The notes under the pieces were generated by a model that did not search any database, was not told where the DNA came from, and worked only from the letters and a program-made list of their open reading frames with translations. The position numbers and the translations under genes are program-made. From NCBI RefSeq assembly GCF_001194135.2, contig NC_068991.1, positions 41,578,514-41,614,569 on the forward strand: a DNA stretch of 36,056 bases. The letters run 5' to 3'. The DNA is from Octopus bimaculoides (lineage: Eukaryota). Below are positions 1 through 12,392 of this stretch, piece after piece; positions within the stretch are counted from its first letter, which is position 1; each line of letters opens with the position of its first letter.

Positions 1-24
1 ATATATATATATATATATATAATG

Positions 25-790
25 TACGAGGGGGTACCCAAAAGCGCCGGAAACGTTCTCTGTTGGACAAATCCGTGGTAGTTCTGGCTTCCGCTGTTAG
101 AATCCTCAAGCATCAGTTTGCCGACTGGCGTTGTGCAGTGGGGTCATACAGCTACGTGGTGCATCTTTGTTTTGGGGTGTTCTCCCCTGTTCGTCGATTT
201 TTGCGATGGCTGAAACGAGGGATCAGCGTGCTTCCATGGTATTCTGTTCTATGCTGGGGAAAACGGCGGCGAAACAGTTGTCATGCTTCAAACAACTTAC
301 AAGGACACTGCCATGAGCAAAACAAGTTTACGAGTGGTTTTCACGCTTTAGGAAGAGTCACTTGTCGCTTGAGGACCAACCGCGTTCAGTATGACTGTCG
401 ATATCACCGAAGGAATCATGAAAATTCATGAACTGATCTTTGAGGCCTGTCACCGAACAATTGACGAAGTTGTTGATATGACTGGTGCGTCATGGAGTTT
501 CTGCCTAGGAATTTTGAGCGAGGAATTGCGAATGAAAAGAGTTGTAGCAAAATTTGTGCCTCGCTTGCTTACAGGAGACCTAAAGCAATCACGATTGAAT
601 GCATGTCGTCAACTGAAAGAACAGTTGGAAGTTGATCCGGACCTTTTGTTTTTGAAGGTCATCATTGGTGACGAAAGCTGTTGCTCCGGAACTTGCAGAT
701 GTGGAAGAGATGAAGAAGAAAACAACAAAGGCGTTAAAAGGTATCACTTCGCAATAGTCCCAGCACTGCTTCCAACAATTAGGCTCTGTG
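25..790 (+). mobile_element. Mariner (Tc1/mariner) relic, internally deleted
   Basis: Starts with TACGAGGGG, a TIR-like end. ORF 391..795 reads ...RTIDEVVDMTGASWSFCLGILSEELRMKRVVAKFVPRLLT...KVIIGDES, i.e. the second HTH, the WVP-type linker and the first catalytic Asp. It then jumps directly to C-terminal transposase sequence. Confidence 0.85.
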
Positions 791-821
791 GTTAACCGCT
801 TGCACACGCAGGATCTATTTC

Positions 822-829
<8 letters not shown>

Positions 830-912
<83 letters not shown>
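830..912. repeat. (GTCT)n/(CT)n microsatellite running into assembly gap 913-1432
   Basis: Direct reading of the sequence. Confidence 0.95.
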
Positions 913-1878
913 NNNNNNNNNNNNNNNNNNNNNNNNNNNNNNNNNNNNNNNNNNNNNNNNNNNNNNNNNNNNNNNNNNNNNNNNNNNNNNNNNNNNNNNN
1001 NNNNNNNNNNNNNNNNNNNNNNNNNNNNNNNNNNNNNNNNNNNNNNNNNNNNNNNNNNNNNNNNNNNNNNNNNNNNNNNNNNNNNNNNNNNNNNNNNNNN
1101 NNNNNNNNNNNNNNNNNNNNNNNNNNNNNNNNNNNNNNNNNNNNNNNNNNNNNNNNNNNNNNNNNNNNNNNNNNNNNNNNNNNNNNNNNNNNNNNNNNNN
1201 NNNNNNNNNNNNNNNNNNNNNNNNNNNNNNNNNNNNNNNNNNNNNNNNNNNNNNNNNNNNNNNNNNNNNNNNNNNNNNNNNNNNNNNNNNNNNNNNNNNN
1301 NNNNNNNNNNNNNNNNNNNNNNNNNNNNNNNNNNNNNNNNNNNNNNNNNNNNNNNNNNNNNNNNNNNNNNNNNNNNNNNNNNNNNNNNNNNNNNNNNNNN
1401 NNNNNNNNNNNNNNNNNNNNNNNNNNNNNNNNAGGTTTCCAGTACGGGTTACTTTCATCTTCCCCACCAGTCTCGGAGGTCTGGTAACGGACTATGACCA
1501 CTCCATTTCCTCCTGACTAAAAGTTGGACACACACACATACACGCACCTCCACCTTCCCCCTACACACAAGCACTCACAGACATACAAAGAAACACACAC
1601 AGACAGATACAAACACAGATGCACACACAAATTCAGATCAATCTAAACCATACAAATAGTTTTCACATCATGAACAGTAATAGTGAGTGCGTCTTCCTAT
1701 TACCAGATATTTTTCCATGTCACCGAAGACAATATAGAAAATGTAAAGGCTACATATATTATCTATTTAATCATAACAACGATGAAATGAAGGACAGTAG
1801 TAACATTACATTAGCTGTGATAAAATTTAAATTTTAATATTCAGTACATTGTGATTGTAGTACATATTTTGTTATTAC

Positions 1879-2034
1879 CTTGAATTGTTTTGGAAAAGCA
1901 AATCTTTTTAGTGCACATTACACTTCCTTTGGTCATACAAGCGCATTGATTACATTTATCTATGGCTGCGAATGTTTGCCCAAATTTGTAGACCTTTCCA
2001 TTGTAGTGGCATGCTATGAGCGTGATGGGAGCTT
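1879..2034 (-). CDS. Exon L: pacifastin/VWC-like 6-Cys module, (E)APITLIACHYNGKVYKFGQTFAAIDKCNQCACMTKGSVMCTKKICFSKTIQ(G)
   Basis: 156 nt. Acceptor ttttcttttttccag|AA, donor CAAG|gtaata, phase 1-1. All 6 Cys present. Confidence 0.88.
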
Positions 2035-3003
2035 CTGGAAAGAAAAAATATACCGAACTTCTGTATGAAACTAAAGACAATGTAGGCGCTCCAGCCCAGT
2101 GAGATGTGAACTGGAGCAAAGGATGACAGTCAAACGATAATAAAATGACAGGTGATGTATGCAATTATTATCTCTGCTCGACCTTTCAGGGATAGCTTTC
2201 TCTCGGGTCATTTCTGGTGAGCTTGGTCACCCTGTTTGTCACTTCGTCTCAGTTCTCTACTTCCAGATCTGGACCAAACCAGACTCCGAGTCCAGCGTCC
2301 AGCGTCTCACGATACAATTAGACGGCATGGACCTGCCTTCCAGGTGCCGAGCTGCAAGCCCACAGACTTTCTTGTTCGATCTTTACTCTTATCTATCACC
2401 ATCTTGCATTCTGTCACCATCTCGTATTTTTCGCGGCGTGTTGGAACAAATAATTCTGCTATGATTAGTGAGATGCGTTTTTGCATCTCTAAATGCCTTT
2501 TCCGTAATTTTAACTGACTCTAGTTTGTGGCATGCATATACGAAACTGTTTTCATTTTGTTCGGTTACTGTTTTCCGTGTAATAATGTTTGTGTTGGTGG
2601 TGAAAGTCGAATTGTATCATTGTTCTCTTTACCTTGCTTGTTATTGCTGCTGCAACCACTATTATTAATTTAGCATTTCCCCCCAATTATAGTAGGTAGT
2701 GCACAGAAGCTACATTTATAATGACTGTTACAAGAGCCATCTCGCCCGACAATTTGGGAAACCATATTGTCTTTTGTTACAAAGGTATGGCGTTTAACAA
2801 TTTAAAATTCCTCATATTCTACCCCCTGAGGCGCGAATATGTCATATCCCAACTAGCATGTGTGAGTCCTAACCGGCCTATTAACAATATGGCACATCAG
2901 AAATACAAATAATGTTTTTATAAAACAATGAAATTCAGCAAAACCCCCCGAGTTCCGAACAGATGGGCTCTCCTTGTAAGTACAACAACAATTAAAATTC
3001 TTT

Positions 3004-3176
3004 CTATTGTAGGCAGGCTTGGCATTTTGGGGGGAAGGAGCTAATCGATTATATCGACTCTAGTGCGTAACTGGTACTTAATTTATCGACCTCGACGGAA
3101 TTTGAACTCAGAGTGTAGCGACGGGCGAAATACCCCTAAGCATTCCGTCCAGGGTGCTAACGAGTCTGCCAAATAG
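3004..3176 (-). mobile_element. tRNA-headed SINE (family 1)
   Basis: Minus strand has A-box-like tggcagactcgttagc and B-box gagttcaaattcc. Homologous to copies at 5885-6100, 31372-31580 and 31588-31797. Abuts (AAT)n. Confidence 0.8.
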
Positions 3177-3178
3177 TG

Positions 3179-3214
<36 letters not shown>

Positions 3215-4268
3215 NNNNNNNNNNNNNNNNNNNNNNNNNNNNNNNNNNNNNNNNNNNNNNNNNNNNNNNNNNNNNNNNNNNNNNNNNNNNNNNNNNNNNN
3301 NNNNNNNNNNNNNNNNNNNNNNNNNNNNNNNNNNNNNNNNNNNNNNNNNNNNNNNNNNNNNNNNNNNNNNNNNNNNNNNNNNNNNNNNNNNNNNNNNNNN
3401 NNNNNNNNNNNNNNNNNNNNNNNNNNNNNNNNNNNNNNNNNNNNNNNNNNNNNNNNNNNNNNNNNNNNNNNNNNNNNNNNNNNNNNNNNNNNNNNNNNNN
3501 NNNNNNNNNNNNNNNNNNNNNNNNNNNNNNNNNNNNNNNNNNNNNNNNNNNNNNNNNNNNNNNNNNNNNNNNNNNNNNNNNNNNNNNNNNNNNNNNNNNN
3601 NNNNNNNNNNNNNNNNNNNNNNNNNNNNNNNNNNNNNNNNNNNNNNNNNNNNNNNNNNNNNNNNNNNNNNNNNNNNNNNNNNNNNNNNNNNNNNNNNNNN
3701 NNNNNNNNNNNNNNNNNNNNNNNNNNNNNNNNNNNNNNNNNNNNNNNNNNNNNNNNNNNNNNNNNNNNNNNNNNNNNNNNNNNNNNNNNNNNNNNNNNNN
3801 NNNNNNNNNNNNNNNNNNNNNNNNNNNNNNNNNNNNNNNNNNNNNNNNNNNNNNNNNNNNNNNNNNNNNNNNNNNNNNNNNNNNNNNNNNNNNNNNNNNN
3901 NNNNNNNNNNNNNNNNNNNNNNNNNNNNNNNNNNNNNNNNNNNNNNNNNNNNNNNNNNNNNNNNNNNNNNNNNNNNNNNNNNNNNNNNNNNNNNNNNNNN
4001 NNNNNNNNNNNNNNNNNNNNNNNNNNNNNNNNNNNNNNNNNNNNNNNNNNNNNNNNNNNNNNNNNNNNNNNNNNNNNNNNNNNNNNNNNNNNNNNNNNNN
4101 NNNNNNNNNNNNNNNNNNNNNNNNNNNNNNNNNNNNNNNNNNNNNNNNNNNNNNNNNNNNNNNNNNNNNNNNNNNNNNNNNNNNNNNGAAGAAGAAGAAG
4201 AAGAAGAAGAAGAAGAAGAAGAAGAAGAAGAAGAAGAAGAAGAAGAAGAAGAAGAAGAAGAAGAAGAA
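3177..4268. repeat. (AAT)n and (GAA)n microsatellites flanking assembly gap 3215-4187
   Basis: Direct reading of the sequence. Confidence 0.95.
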
Positions 4269-4274
4269 GCGAAG

Positions 4275-5860
4275 AATGGAAGAAAAAATGTACTGAGAAT
4301 TTGCAAGAGATACGAATGCCAAAGCAGATACAGAAGACTGATGACTCTGGATGAGGAGGAATTACCTGAAAATAGAGACAGAAGCACTTATATGCGCGGC
4401 TCAAGAACAAGCGTTAAGGACCAACTATGTGAAATGCAGAATAAAGTTTAGGAAAAATAAAAAAATAGATAGATTCCTTAATACAGACTGTAAGGCTCTT
4501 CAGCAAAGATATAGGCATGGAATTCAGCATAGATGAGTGTCCAATGTTAGTTATGAAAAGGGGACAAGTAGTCAACAGTGAAGGCATCCAATTACCATAT
4601 GGTCAGACATTAAAATCATTGAAAAAGGGAGAAAGTTATAAATATCTAGGAGTATTAGATTCTGTGTAGAAATGAAAACGAAAATTGAGGAGTACATCTG
4701 AAGGGCGATAATGAAGTCAAAGATAAATGGTCCGAATCTAGTGGAGGTTGTATATACTTGGATAGTATCATTACTTAGATACTCAGGAGATTTTGTAGAT
4801 TGGACAAAAATTGAATTAGCAAAGCTAGACAGAAGAATTAGGAAGGAATTTAATATGAATGGAGGACTCCACTCAAGAGCAGGAGTAGCAAGATTATATT
4901 TCCCTAGAAAGGAAGATGGGAGAGGGTTAATATCAGTAGAAGACTGCGTGGAGTTAGCTAGAGTAGATATAAGATTCTTATGCTGGTAATAGGGAAAAAA
5001 AGTCGACTAGGAGCTGCTAGAGTCACAGCAAGGCAAAGGGAGACCAAAAGCCAAGCGAAATTAAAAACCAGAAAAATGAACAGAAATGATCTGACTGGCA
5101 GAAAGTGTTGCATGGTAGATTCCCAAAGATAGTTGCAGCAAATAGTTGTAGTGAAACATGACTATGGTTTCAGAAAAGAAAGCTGAAAAGGGAGACAAAG
5201 TTTGTTAGTAGCTGCATAAGATCAAGTATTGAGGGCTAATTGGATAAAAGCTAAGATAGACAAAAAAACCAAGTAGATTTCCATTGTAGGTTATGCATAT
5301 CAAAAGAGGTAAGCGTTACTCATAATGTAAGTGAATGTAGTAAGCTGACACAGAATTATTACGAGAAAAGACATGACAACCTAGGGAGAGTATTCCACTG
5401 GGAGTAATGTAGAAAGGTACGATTTGAACATGAACCTACTAAAGTGCTAGAAAGTAAGAAATATAAGATGTTGTGGGACTTTAATATTCAGACTGGCAGA
5501 GTAATAGAAGCTAGAAGGCCTGATTTGGTAGTAGTAGACAAAGGGAATAGAAAGTGCAAGATAATTGACTTTACAGTTCTAAATGATGAAAGAATAGGAA
5601 AGGAAAATAGCCATTGAGTTACAGTTACTATGGAAAGTGCGGGTAAAATGTATCCCAGTAGCTATAGGTGCATTAGGAATTATGCCTAAAGATTTGAACA
5701 GAGGGATAGAGGAAATAGGCATAAAACCCAGTTTAGGACAGCTGCAGAGAATAGTGTTATTAGGGAAAACTAAGATACTTAGGAGGGTTCTTGGCATCTA
5801 AGGTTATTTGTTGTAGCCCGATGTTAGGATTTTTTCTTTTCCAACAGTCTAATCTGTTGT
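4275..5860 (+). mobile_element. R4/Dong-type RLE non-LTR retrotransposon fragments (degenerate)
   Basis: Broken translations include LKIETEALICAAQEQALRTN, YKYLGV, LHSRAGVARLYFPRKEDGRGLISVEDC, and the RLE motif LWDFNIQT..RRPDLVVVDK..KIIDF. Many stops and frameshifts. Confidence 0.85.
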
Positions 5861-5884
5861 GTGTATATGAATAATGATAATAAT

Positions 5885-6100
5885 CCTTCCTACTGTAGGC
5901 ACAAGGCCTGAAATTTGGGGAAAGGATTAAGTCGATTACATTCACCTCAATGCTTAACTGGTACTTATTTAATCGACTCTGAAATGATGAAAGGCAAAGT
6001 CGACCTCGGTGGAATTTGAACACAGAACGTAAAGACGAATGAAATACTGCTAAGCATTTTGCCTGGCATGCTAAATAGCGATTCTGCCAACTCACCACCT
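5885..6100 (-). mobile_element. tRNA-headed SINE (family 1)
   Basis: Minus strand reads ggtggtgagttggcagaatcg...gtgttcaaattccaccgaggtcgac. (ATT)n-like tracts lie on both sides. Confidence 0.82.
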
Positions 6101-6114
6101 TAATAATGATGATG

Positions 6115-6184
<70 letters not shown>

Positions 6185-6194
6185 TGATGATAAT

Positions 6195-8000
6195 AATATC
6201 AAAAAACTTGTGCATGCCCTGGATAGACTTTAAAAAGTCTTACGTCATGTTGCGATATTCGTGGATTTTGGAAACACTCGATATGTGTGGAATAGCTGAA
6301 TGTGTGTGCACTAAATAAGAACAGCAAGCCTAGTTGGAAAACACGTCATTTATGTAAAAGCCAGAACTTATCCGAACTATCAAAAGAGGTATCTTCCAAG
6401 GAAACTCTTGTTCCCCTTTGTTATCTGGTATAACCTCGATCCCACTTTCTGTAGCCATACGCAAAGTCAACGCGCACTATGAACTGAGAAAGAACAGACT
6501 TCGTCTCAACTACCTTCTCTTCGTGGATGACTTAAGACTGTTTGCAAAACATAGCCTGAAATGGAGAGGCTGGTTGAGACTGTGCAGATGTGCAGCAAAG
6601 ATACAGGAATGAAATTCGGTATTTCGAAGTGTGCGGTTCTCACTTTGAAAAGGGGGAAAAAGAGCAGATTGTAGGAGCATAGAGTTGCCAAACGGAGAAC
6701 GGAGATAGAATGGCAGACCTGGATGGTGATGATAGGTACAAGTATCTTGGGATCTTGGAGATGGACAATATCTTGCACAGAGAAATGAAAGACAAGGTCA
6801 TCACAACATATTTGAAGCGCCCCAGACTTCTCTTGAAATCAAAACTCAACTTAAAGGAACCTTGTGACTGCCATCAACATATGGGCTGTTGCTGTAATCC
6901 ACTACAGTGCACACATCCTGGAATTGACACAAACGGAGATTAACCAACTGGATCGCACTACTCGAAAGTTTATTACAATACATGGTGCCCTCCACCCTAA
7001 GACGAACGTACACAGGCTTGACTTAAAGAGGTGTAAAGATGGACGTGGGCTGATTAGCATACGGGAGTGCATCAACAGTGAAAGAAGAAACATGGCAGAA
7101 TATTTGGTAAACAGCAAACAAGACCCGCTACAGTATGTTGCTAATGCAGAAGGATTTACCAAAAACGGATTTGAGAATGCTTATGAATTCTGATCACGGA
7201 TAGCCAACGAGAGAGAAGAAAACCTACTCCGCATGGAATTACATGGTCAGTTTCACTGTGAAACTAACATTTTTTAAGGAAGCATTATTGAGGTGGCTCA
7301 GAAAGGGTGACTTAATCATCGCTGCCCAGGCCAGGCATTAAATACCAACTCAATGAAAAGGGATATGTACCACACGAGCACAACGAACCTCTGCGGAGTG
7401 TGTGGGAAGAGGGTCGAAAGCGTGACTCACATTGTTAGTGCTTGTGAAAGTTTTGCGCAGAAAGAGTATAAGCGCAGACACGGCAAAGGTAGCCCAAAAC
7501 TTTCACTGGCTACTAAGCTGGAAGTTTGAATACGAGGTAACAGGTGCTTGGTACTACCATACACCGGAAAAGGTAATGGACGAAAAGGGGAAAGCAAAAG
7601 TCCTCTGGGACTTTGACTTCCAAACAGAAAAGGTGTTAGAGCACCATAGGCCAGATAATCGACGTGTGAGTGCCAGGAGATTAACATATTATCATGAACG
7701 AAAGAGAAAAGACTGATGAATATGGAGACCTGAGAATTGAGATCGCCAAGATGTGGCAGCTACGAGAGTCAAACACAAAAGTTGGGTTCAATACCACCCA
7801 ACCTGAAAAAAACATCTGGAAATTTTAGAAATACCCTACTATCTAGGTGTATTGCAAAAATCGGCATTACTTGGAACTGCACGCATATTGCGTAAAGTAC
7901 TGTCTGTCTGAGGTCCTTGTCGTGACTTAACAGACAGTACAAACCCTCGGTAGACACAATATCTTCAATCAACAACATCACGATATAAATAACATCACGC
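6195..8000 (+). mobile_element. R4/Dong-type RLE LINE, 5'-truncated, degenerate
   Basis: Follows (AAT)n at 6106-6195. Contains WIDFKKSY, RT catalytic LLFVDDLRLF, YKYLGILE, HRLDLKRCKDGRGLISI, a CCHC region, and RLE LWDFDFQTEKVLEHHRPD. Confidence 0.88.
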
Positions 8001-8001
8001 A

Positions 8002-8058
<57 letters not shown>

Positions 8059-8059
8059 A

Positions 8060-8772
8060 ATAAATCAGCAGAAACACATAATGAAGAAAAATACAAGTAA
8101 TTGCAGAATATGTAGTGATGGGAAAGAAACAATAAATCATATTGTCTCTAGCTGTCCAGTTCTGGCTAAGAAGGAAGGAAAACATCCACAGACATGACAG
8201 AGTTGGGACCTATATACGCTGGAAGCTATGCCAACGTTATGGAACGACAACAGAAAAAAGATGGTATAGGCACACTCCAGAAAAACGTTTCAGAAAATGA
8301 CAAAGCAACCATACTTTGGGGTATGCCAATACATAGAAATTGAGAAATCAAGGATAATAGACCAGATATAGTTGTCAGAGATCACAAACGTACACACAAA
8401 AATAATGATAAAATGCCTTTTAATTGATGTATAAAAGAAACTGAGAAATTCTCAAAGTACAAAGATCTGAAAATAGAGGTAATGCGAATGTGGAGTCTAA
8501 AAACAGAAACAATCCCTATAATAATAGATACATTAGGTATGATTAAAAAACATTCAGACGAATTCATAACCAAAACACCAGGTCTTACGAATGTTTATAA
8601 TGTAAAGAAAATAGCACTTCTAGGCACCGCGCACATCCAACGTAAAGTACTTTCAGTACAGTGAAAATAAGAGCCCCACAACAAACCACAGTACATACCC
8701 AACGCACACAGAGCTGCACTTGACAGTGCAGTGAAAGCACGTGATAAAAATACTACTGAATTATAATAATAA
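8060..8772 (+). mobile_element. R4/Dong-type LINE 3' fragment (zinc knuckle, RLE, 3' UTR)
   Basis: Contains CRICSDGKETINHIVSSCPVLAK, RHDRVG, RPDIVV, SKYKDLKIEVMRMWSLK. Preceded by (AAC)n and ends in ataataat. The 3' UTR matches 27237-27350. Confidence 0.88.
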
Positions 8773-8986
8773 TTTAATAAAATCTATATTGTTGAATAAT
8801 TCGAAAAATCAAACAAACAAACAAAAAATGTGAAGCAGAATAATTTTAAAATCTGTATGTTGGTGTTCTGCTACTATGAGGGTACATTATTACTTCAGTA
8901 TTATTATATTCTATATTGAACAAAAGTAATCAAGATTAACATTCAGTTCAGTCTATCGTTTTTCTAATATATCTTTTATGAATTAC

Positions 8987-9154
8987 CTGGTGTAGTCATT
9001 GAAGTGCATTTTTTTTTGGTACATACTGTATTGCCTTTACTCTGGCAACTGCATTGATTACATCTATCTACAGATTTGAACGTCTGTCCAAATATATATA
9101 TATGTCCGTAGTAGTGGCATACCGCGAAAATGTCGATCTTGTGTGTGGTAGTTT
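8987..9154 (-). CDS. Exon K: pacifastin/VWC-like module, (E)TTTHKIDIFAVCHYYGHIYIFGQTFKSVDRCNQCSCQSKGNTVCTKKKCTSMTTP(G)
   Basis: 168 nt, hand-translated and not in the ORF track. Acceptor cttttatttcag|AA, donor CCAG|gtaatt, phase 1-1, 6 Cys. Confidence 0.88.
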
Positions 9155-9352
9155 CTGAAATAAAAGTCTTATATGAATGAATTCCATACGAATATGAACA
9201 CCGGTCATGAAGTATTTAGCCAGGCAATCAAAAAAAAAAAAAAAAAAAAAAAANNNNNNNNNNNNNNNNNNNNNNNNNNNNNNNNNNNNNNNNNNNNNNN
9301 NNNNNNNNNNNNNNNNNNNNNNNNNNNNNNNNNNNNNNNNNNNNNNNNNNNN

Positions 9353-9446
<94 letters not shown>

Positions 9447-9837
9447 TAATATACAATAAATAATTTCATAGCCTTTATATCTTCAATTATATTTCGAAAT
9501 TGATATATTCATTACGGTAGTTTTAGACTATAGCTTATTTTGAATTTATTCCAATAAAAGTGTTTAAGCTGAAACATTTGAGTTAACAAGAGACTCAATT
9601 ACGAACTCATTGGTCGGGAGTTCATATTATCTATAGATCTTTCGTTTTGTCTCGAGGAAGGAAACTAAAACAGACAGATCACCATTCCTATCCTTAGGTG
9701 ACCTGTATCAGCTAAGATGGGGCATATTATTTATCACACATTTAAAGTCATGAGACTAGAAATAAAGATCGGCTAATGGAGAAAGCAAACTTTTCTCAGC
9801 ACCAAAGCTTTCAAGCGCCGAAACATTCTATTATTAC

Positions 9838-9984
9838 CTTGACTTCCTGTGGAAAGGCATATACTTTTCGTACATTCTACAATTCCTTTGGATTTGCAAC
9901 TGCATTTATTGCAGTTATCAGTAGCTGGGAACGTCTCTCCAACGATATATATTTTCGTTCCGTACTTGCATTTTACTGATATCT
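9838..9984 (-). CDS. Exon J: pacifastin/VWC-like module, (E)ISVKCKYGTKIYIVGETFPATDNCNKCSCKSKGIVECTKSICLSTGSQ(G)
   Basis: 147 nt. Acceptor ttttctttctccttag|AG, donor CAAG|gtaata, phase 1-1, 6 Cys. Confidence 0.88.
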
Positions 9985-10723
9985 CTAAGGAGAAAGAAAA
10001 CACGAATTTAAAAAGTTTTTAAATACAGAGTCACTGCCCCTAAAATAAACTTTTGTTTACTTCATCATACATTTATTTGACTAATGATAAAATATGTACA
10101 ATCATAAAGATAAACAGGAAAATTCAGTTGTTTAAATCAGTTGTGATTTAAAGTGCATCGAACAAAATTGACGTGTGATGAAGATATATAATTCAAAGAC
10201 AGAAATGCGATAGTCGTAAGAAAAGTCACCGACAATAAACTTAATATGGATTGAAATAGGTAATACTGAACTAGAAATAGATTCCACATTTAAAGATTTC
10301 TGTCTTATAGATCTACTTGTCAGTTATGTAGAATAGATATTGATAAAATATTGCAAAACTGAACGCTCTTCAAACTTCTCAGTGTTTAGCAAACGTAGTG
10401 GATATTCAAAACGGTATTCATTGATATAATCCATATTTTCAGTTTTATATGAAAACATGCATTCATTCACTGGAGCTAGAAGAATCTGTCGTTCGAGTCA
10501 AAATTCCTTGTCATAGAATAGTACATCATTTCGGTTAAAGTCTGGGCATTTTGACATTTTTCAACGAATGAAATTGCTGTTGCACTTAATAGGGGAAACG
10601 GAGCTCCTACTTTATTAATAACCGTGGAATTTTCAAGGATCCAGTTGGATTTTATAAAATTTCTATTGACTTTAACATGTGATGGACACTATATTCTGCT
10701 ATAACGCTAACTTTTAGTATCAC

Positions 10724-10876
10724 CTTCATTTCCTTCAGATACGCATATCATTTTGGAATACACTACACTCCCTTTAGATTTACAGCTGCACTGATTACAT
10801 TTATCATTAGCTACAAAGGTCTCTCCAATTACATACATTTTCCATTGTATAGATTGGTTCTGTGACTCAAAATCAC
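10724..10876 (-). CDS. Exon I: degenerate module, (G)DFESQNQSIQWKMYVIGETFVANDKCNQCSCKSKGSVVYSKMICVSEGNE(G); may be a pseudo-exon
   Basis: 153 nt, open frame from ccagttttttag|GT to GAAG|gtgata, phase 1-1. Cys1 is missing, Cys5 is Tyr (TAT), and the YNGK segment is shifted by a 1-nt deletion. Confidence 0.55.
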
Positions 10877-11191
10877 CTAAAAAACTGGTATGATGAATTG
10901 ACGAGAGGAACGTTAGCTGTATGAAAATACACTATAAAGTTATTCATTGAAATAGATAACTGAGGTAAAACAAGATCAAAATTCATTAGATCAACTTCTT
11001 TTTTACGGTTCCAGTTGCCATTTATTTATAAAAATTGTTTTAGTTTATAACAAGATATATTATTAACCGACTGGCGTCAAATTTCCTTAATCGTAAATAT
11101 TTAATTTTTTTTTTATAAAACCATGATTAAGTTTTCATAAATTGTTTGCTCACTATATTCTGTTTAAAAGAATAATAATTTTTAATGTTAC

Positions 11192-11338
11192 CATGTTTTT
11201 CTGAGAAAACGCATATATTTGTGGTACAGTCAACATTTCCTTTCGCCTTGCAAGTGCATTTATTGCATTTGTCAGCAGCATCAAATGTAACTCCAATGTT
11301 ATATGTTTTGCCATTATAGTGGCATTTTACTGAAATTT
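11192..11338 (-). CDS. Exon H: pacifastin/VWC-like module, (E)ISVKCHYNGKTYNIGVTFDAADKCNKCTCKAKGNVDCTTNICVFSEKH(G)
   Basis: 147 nt, hand-translated and not in the ORF track. Acceptor ttttctttcag|AA, donor CATG|gtaaca, phase 1-1, 6 Cys. Confidence 0.87.
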
Positions 11339-12224
11339 CTGAAAGAAAAGATACAAAAAAAAAAAAAGAAATCCAGAATTACACGAAGATTTTGAGTAGA
11401 GAAGCAATAATTTAGTTCATAAGATATTAGCATGTCAAATGAGACGACATCATGTGTGTTTCCGTTTTTGAAATCAAGTTAAAATATAGACAAGAAAACT
11501 GAAATGTTTACTTCAGTCAAAGACTTGTCTAACAAAAGAAACGGGTGAAGTATAAATTTTTGAAATGAATCAATGACTGCGGAACGTTGGTCATAAGAAC
11601 AAACACTGACTACAAGCTTATTCATTGAAACAGATAATGCAAACAAAAGCGCGAGATCATATGAGATCAACATTCTAAGATCCTGTCTTAGATTTCAAAT
11701 TGGCATTTATTTATAGCTACAGTTTATATTAGTATTTAATTTCTGGAGGGAGGGCATACATTGTGATACCCACGATACTTATAGTAATAGAATCCATTGA
11801 AGTTCTGACTTACGCAACACTACATAACGACTCACATAGCAACCACATGAGGGAATCAAGAAATTAGTATCACAAGAATATAATAGATTAAGATGACCCA
11901 AATTATTAAGCACCATTTGTTCTAAATGGAACGAGAGTTCAGACTTTAAATTCATTCTTTCAACGCAGGTTTCAAATAATTTTGTTTTGGAAACAAAATA
12001 TTTGTCCCAATCTGAAAATCATACTTCACAATAGAACACCAATTTTGTTAGAATACGAAGAAAGGAAAGAAGTATATTGGAGGATGATTTTAAAATTAGT
12101 ATCAGTGCACGTTACTAATGTTACCAAGCTCGTATTTTTATAAATCGTAGAGGAATTAAAAGTTCAGCAAGTTTTTAGACGCAATTCTGTGCAAGGTCTT
12201 CTATAAATATCTTTTAGCTCTTGC

Positions 12225-12392
12225 CTGATATTGATGGAGAACACACTGGCTTTTTGGTACATATTACTGCACCTTTTCTTTTGCAACTGCATTCATTACA
12301 TTTATCTTCGGCTGTGAACGTTTCCCCAAATACATAAGTGCGTCCATTGTAGCGGCATACAGCGAAAGTCTTGAGCTTTCTTTCACCAGATT
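12225..12392 (-). CDS. Exon G: pacifastin/VWC-like module, (E)SGERKLKTFAVCRYNGRTYVFGETFTAEDKCNECSCKRKGAVICTKKPVCSPSIS(G)
   Basis: 168 nt. Acceptor cttatcttacag|AA. The site homologous to the other donors is TCAG|gcaaga (GC donor). If unspliced the frame reads GKS-stop at 12214-12216. Confidence 0.82.

Noticed and set aside
2150-2480. GC-richer segment with short overlapping ORFs
   Set aside because: No recognisable protein motif. Probably an unclassified repeat fragment.
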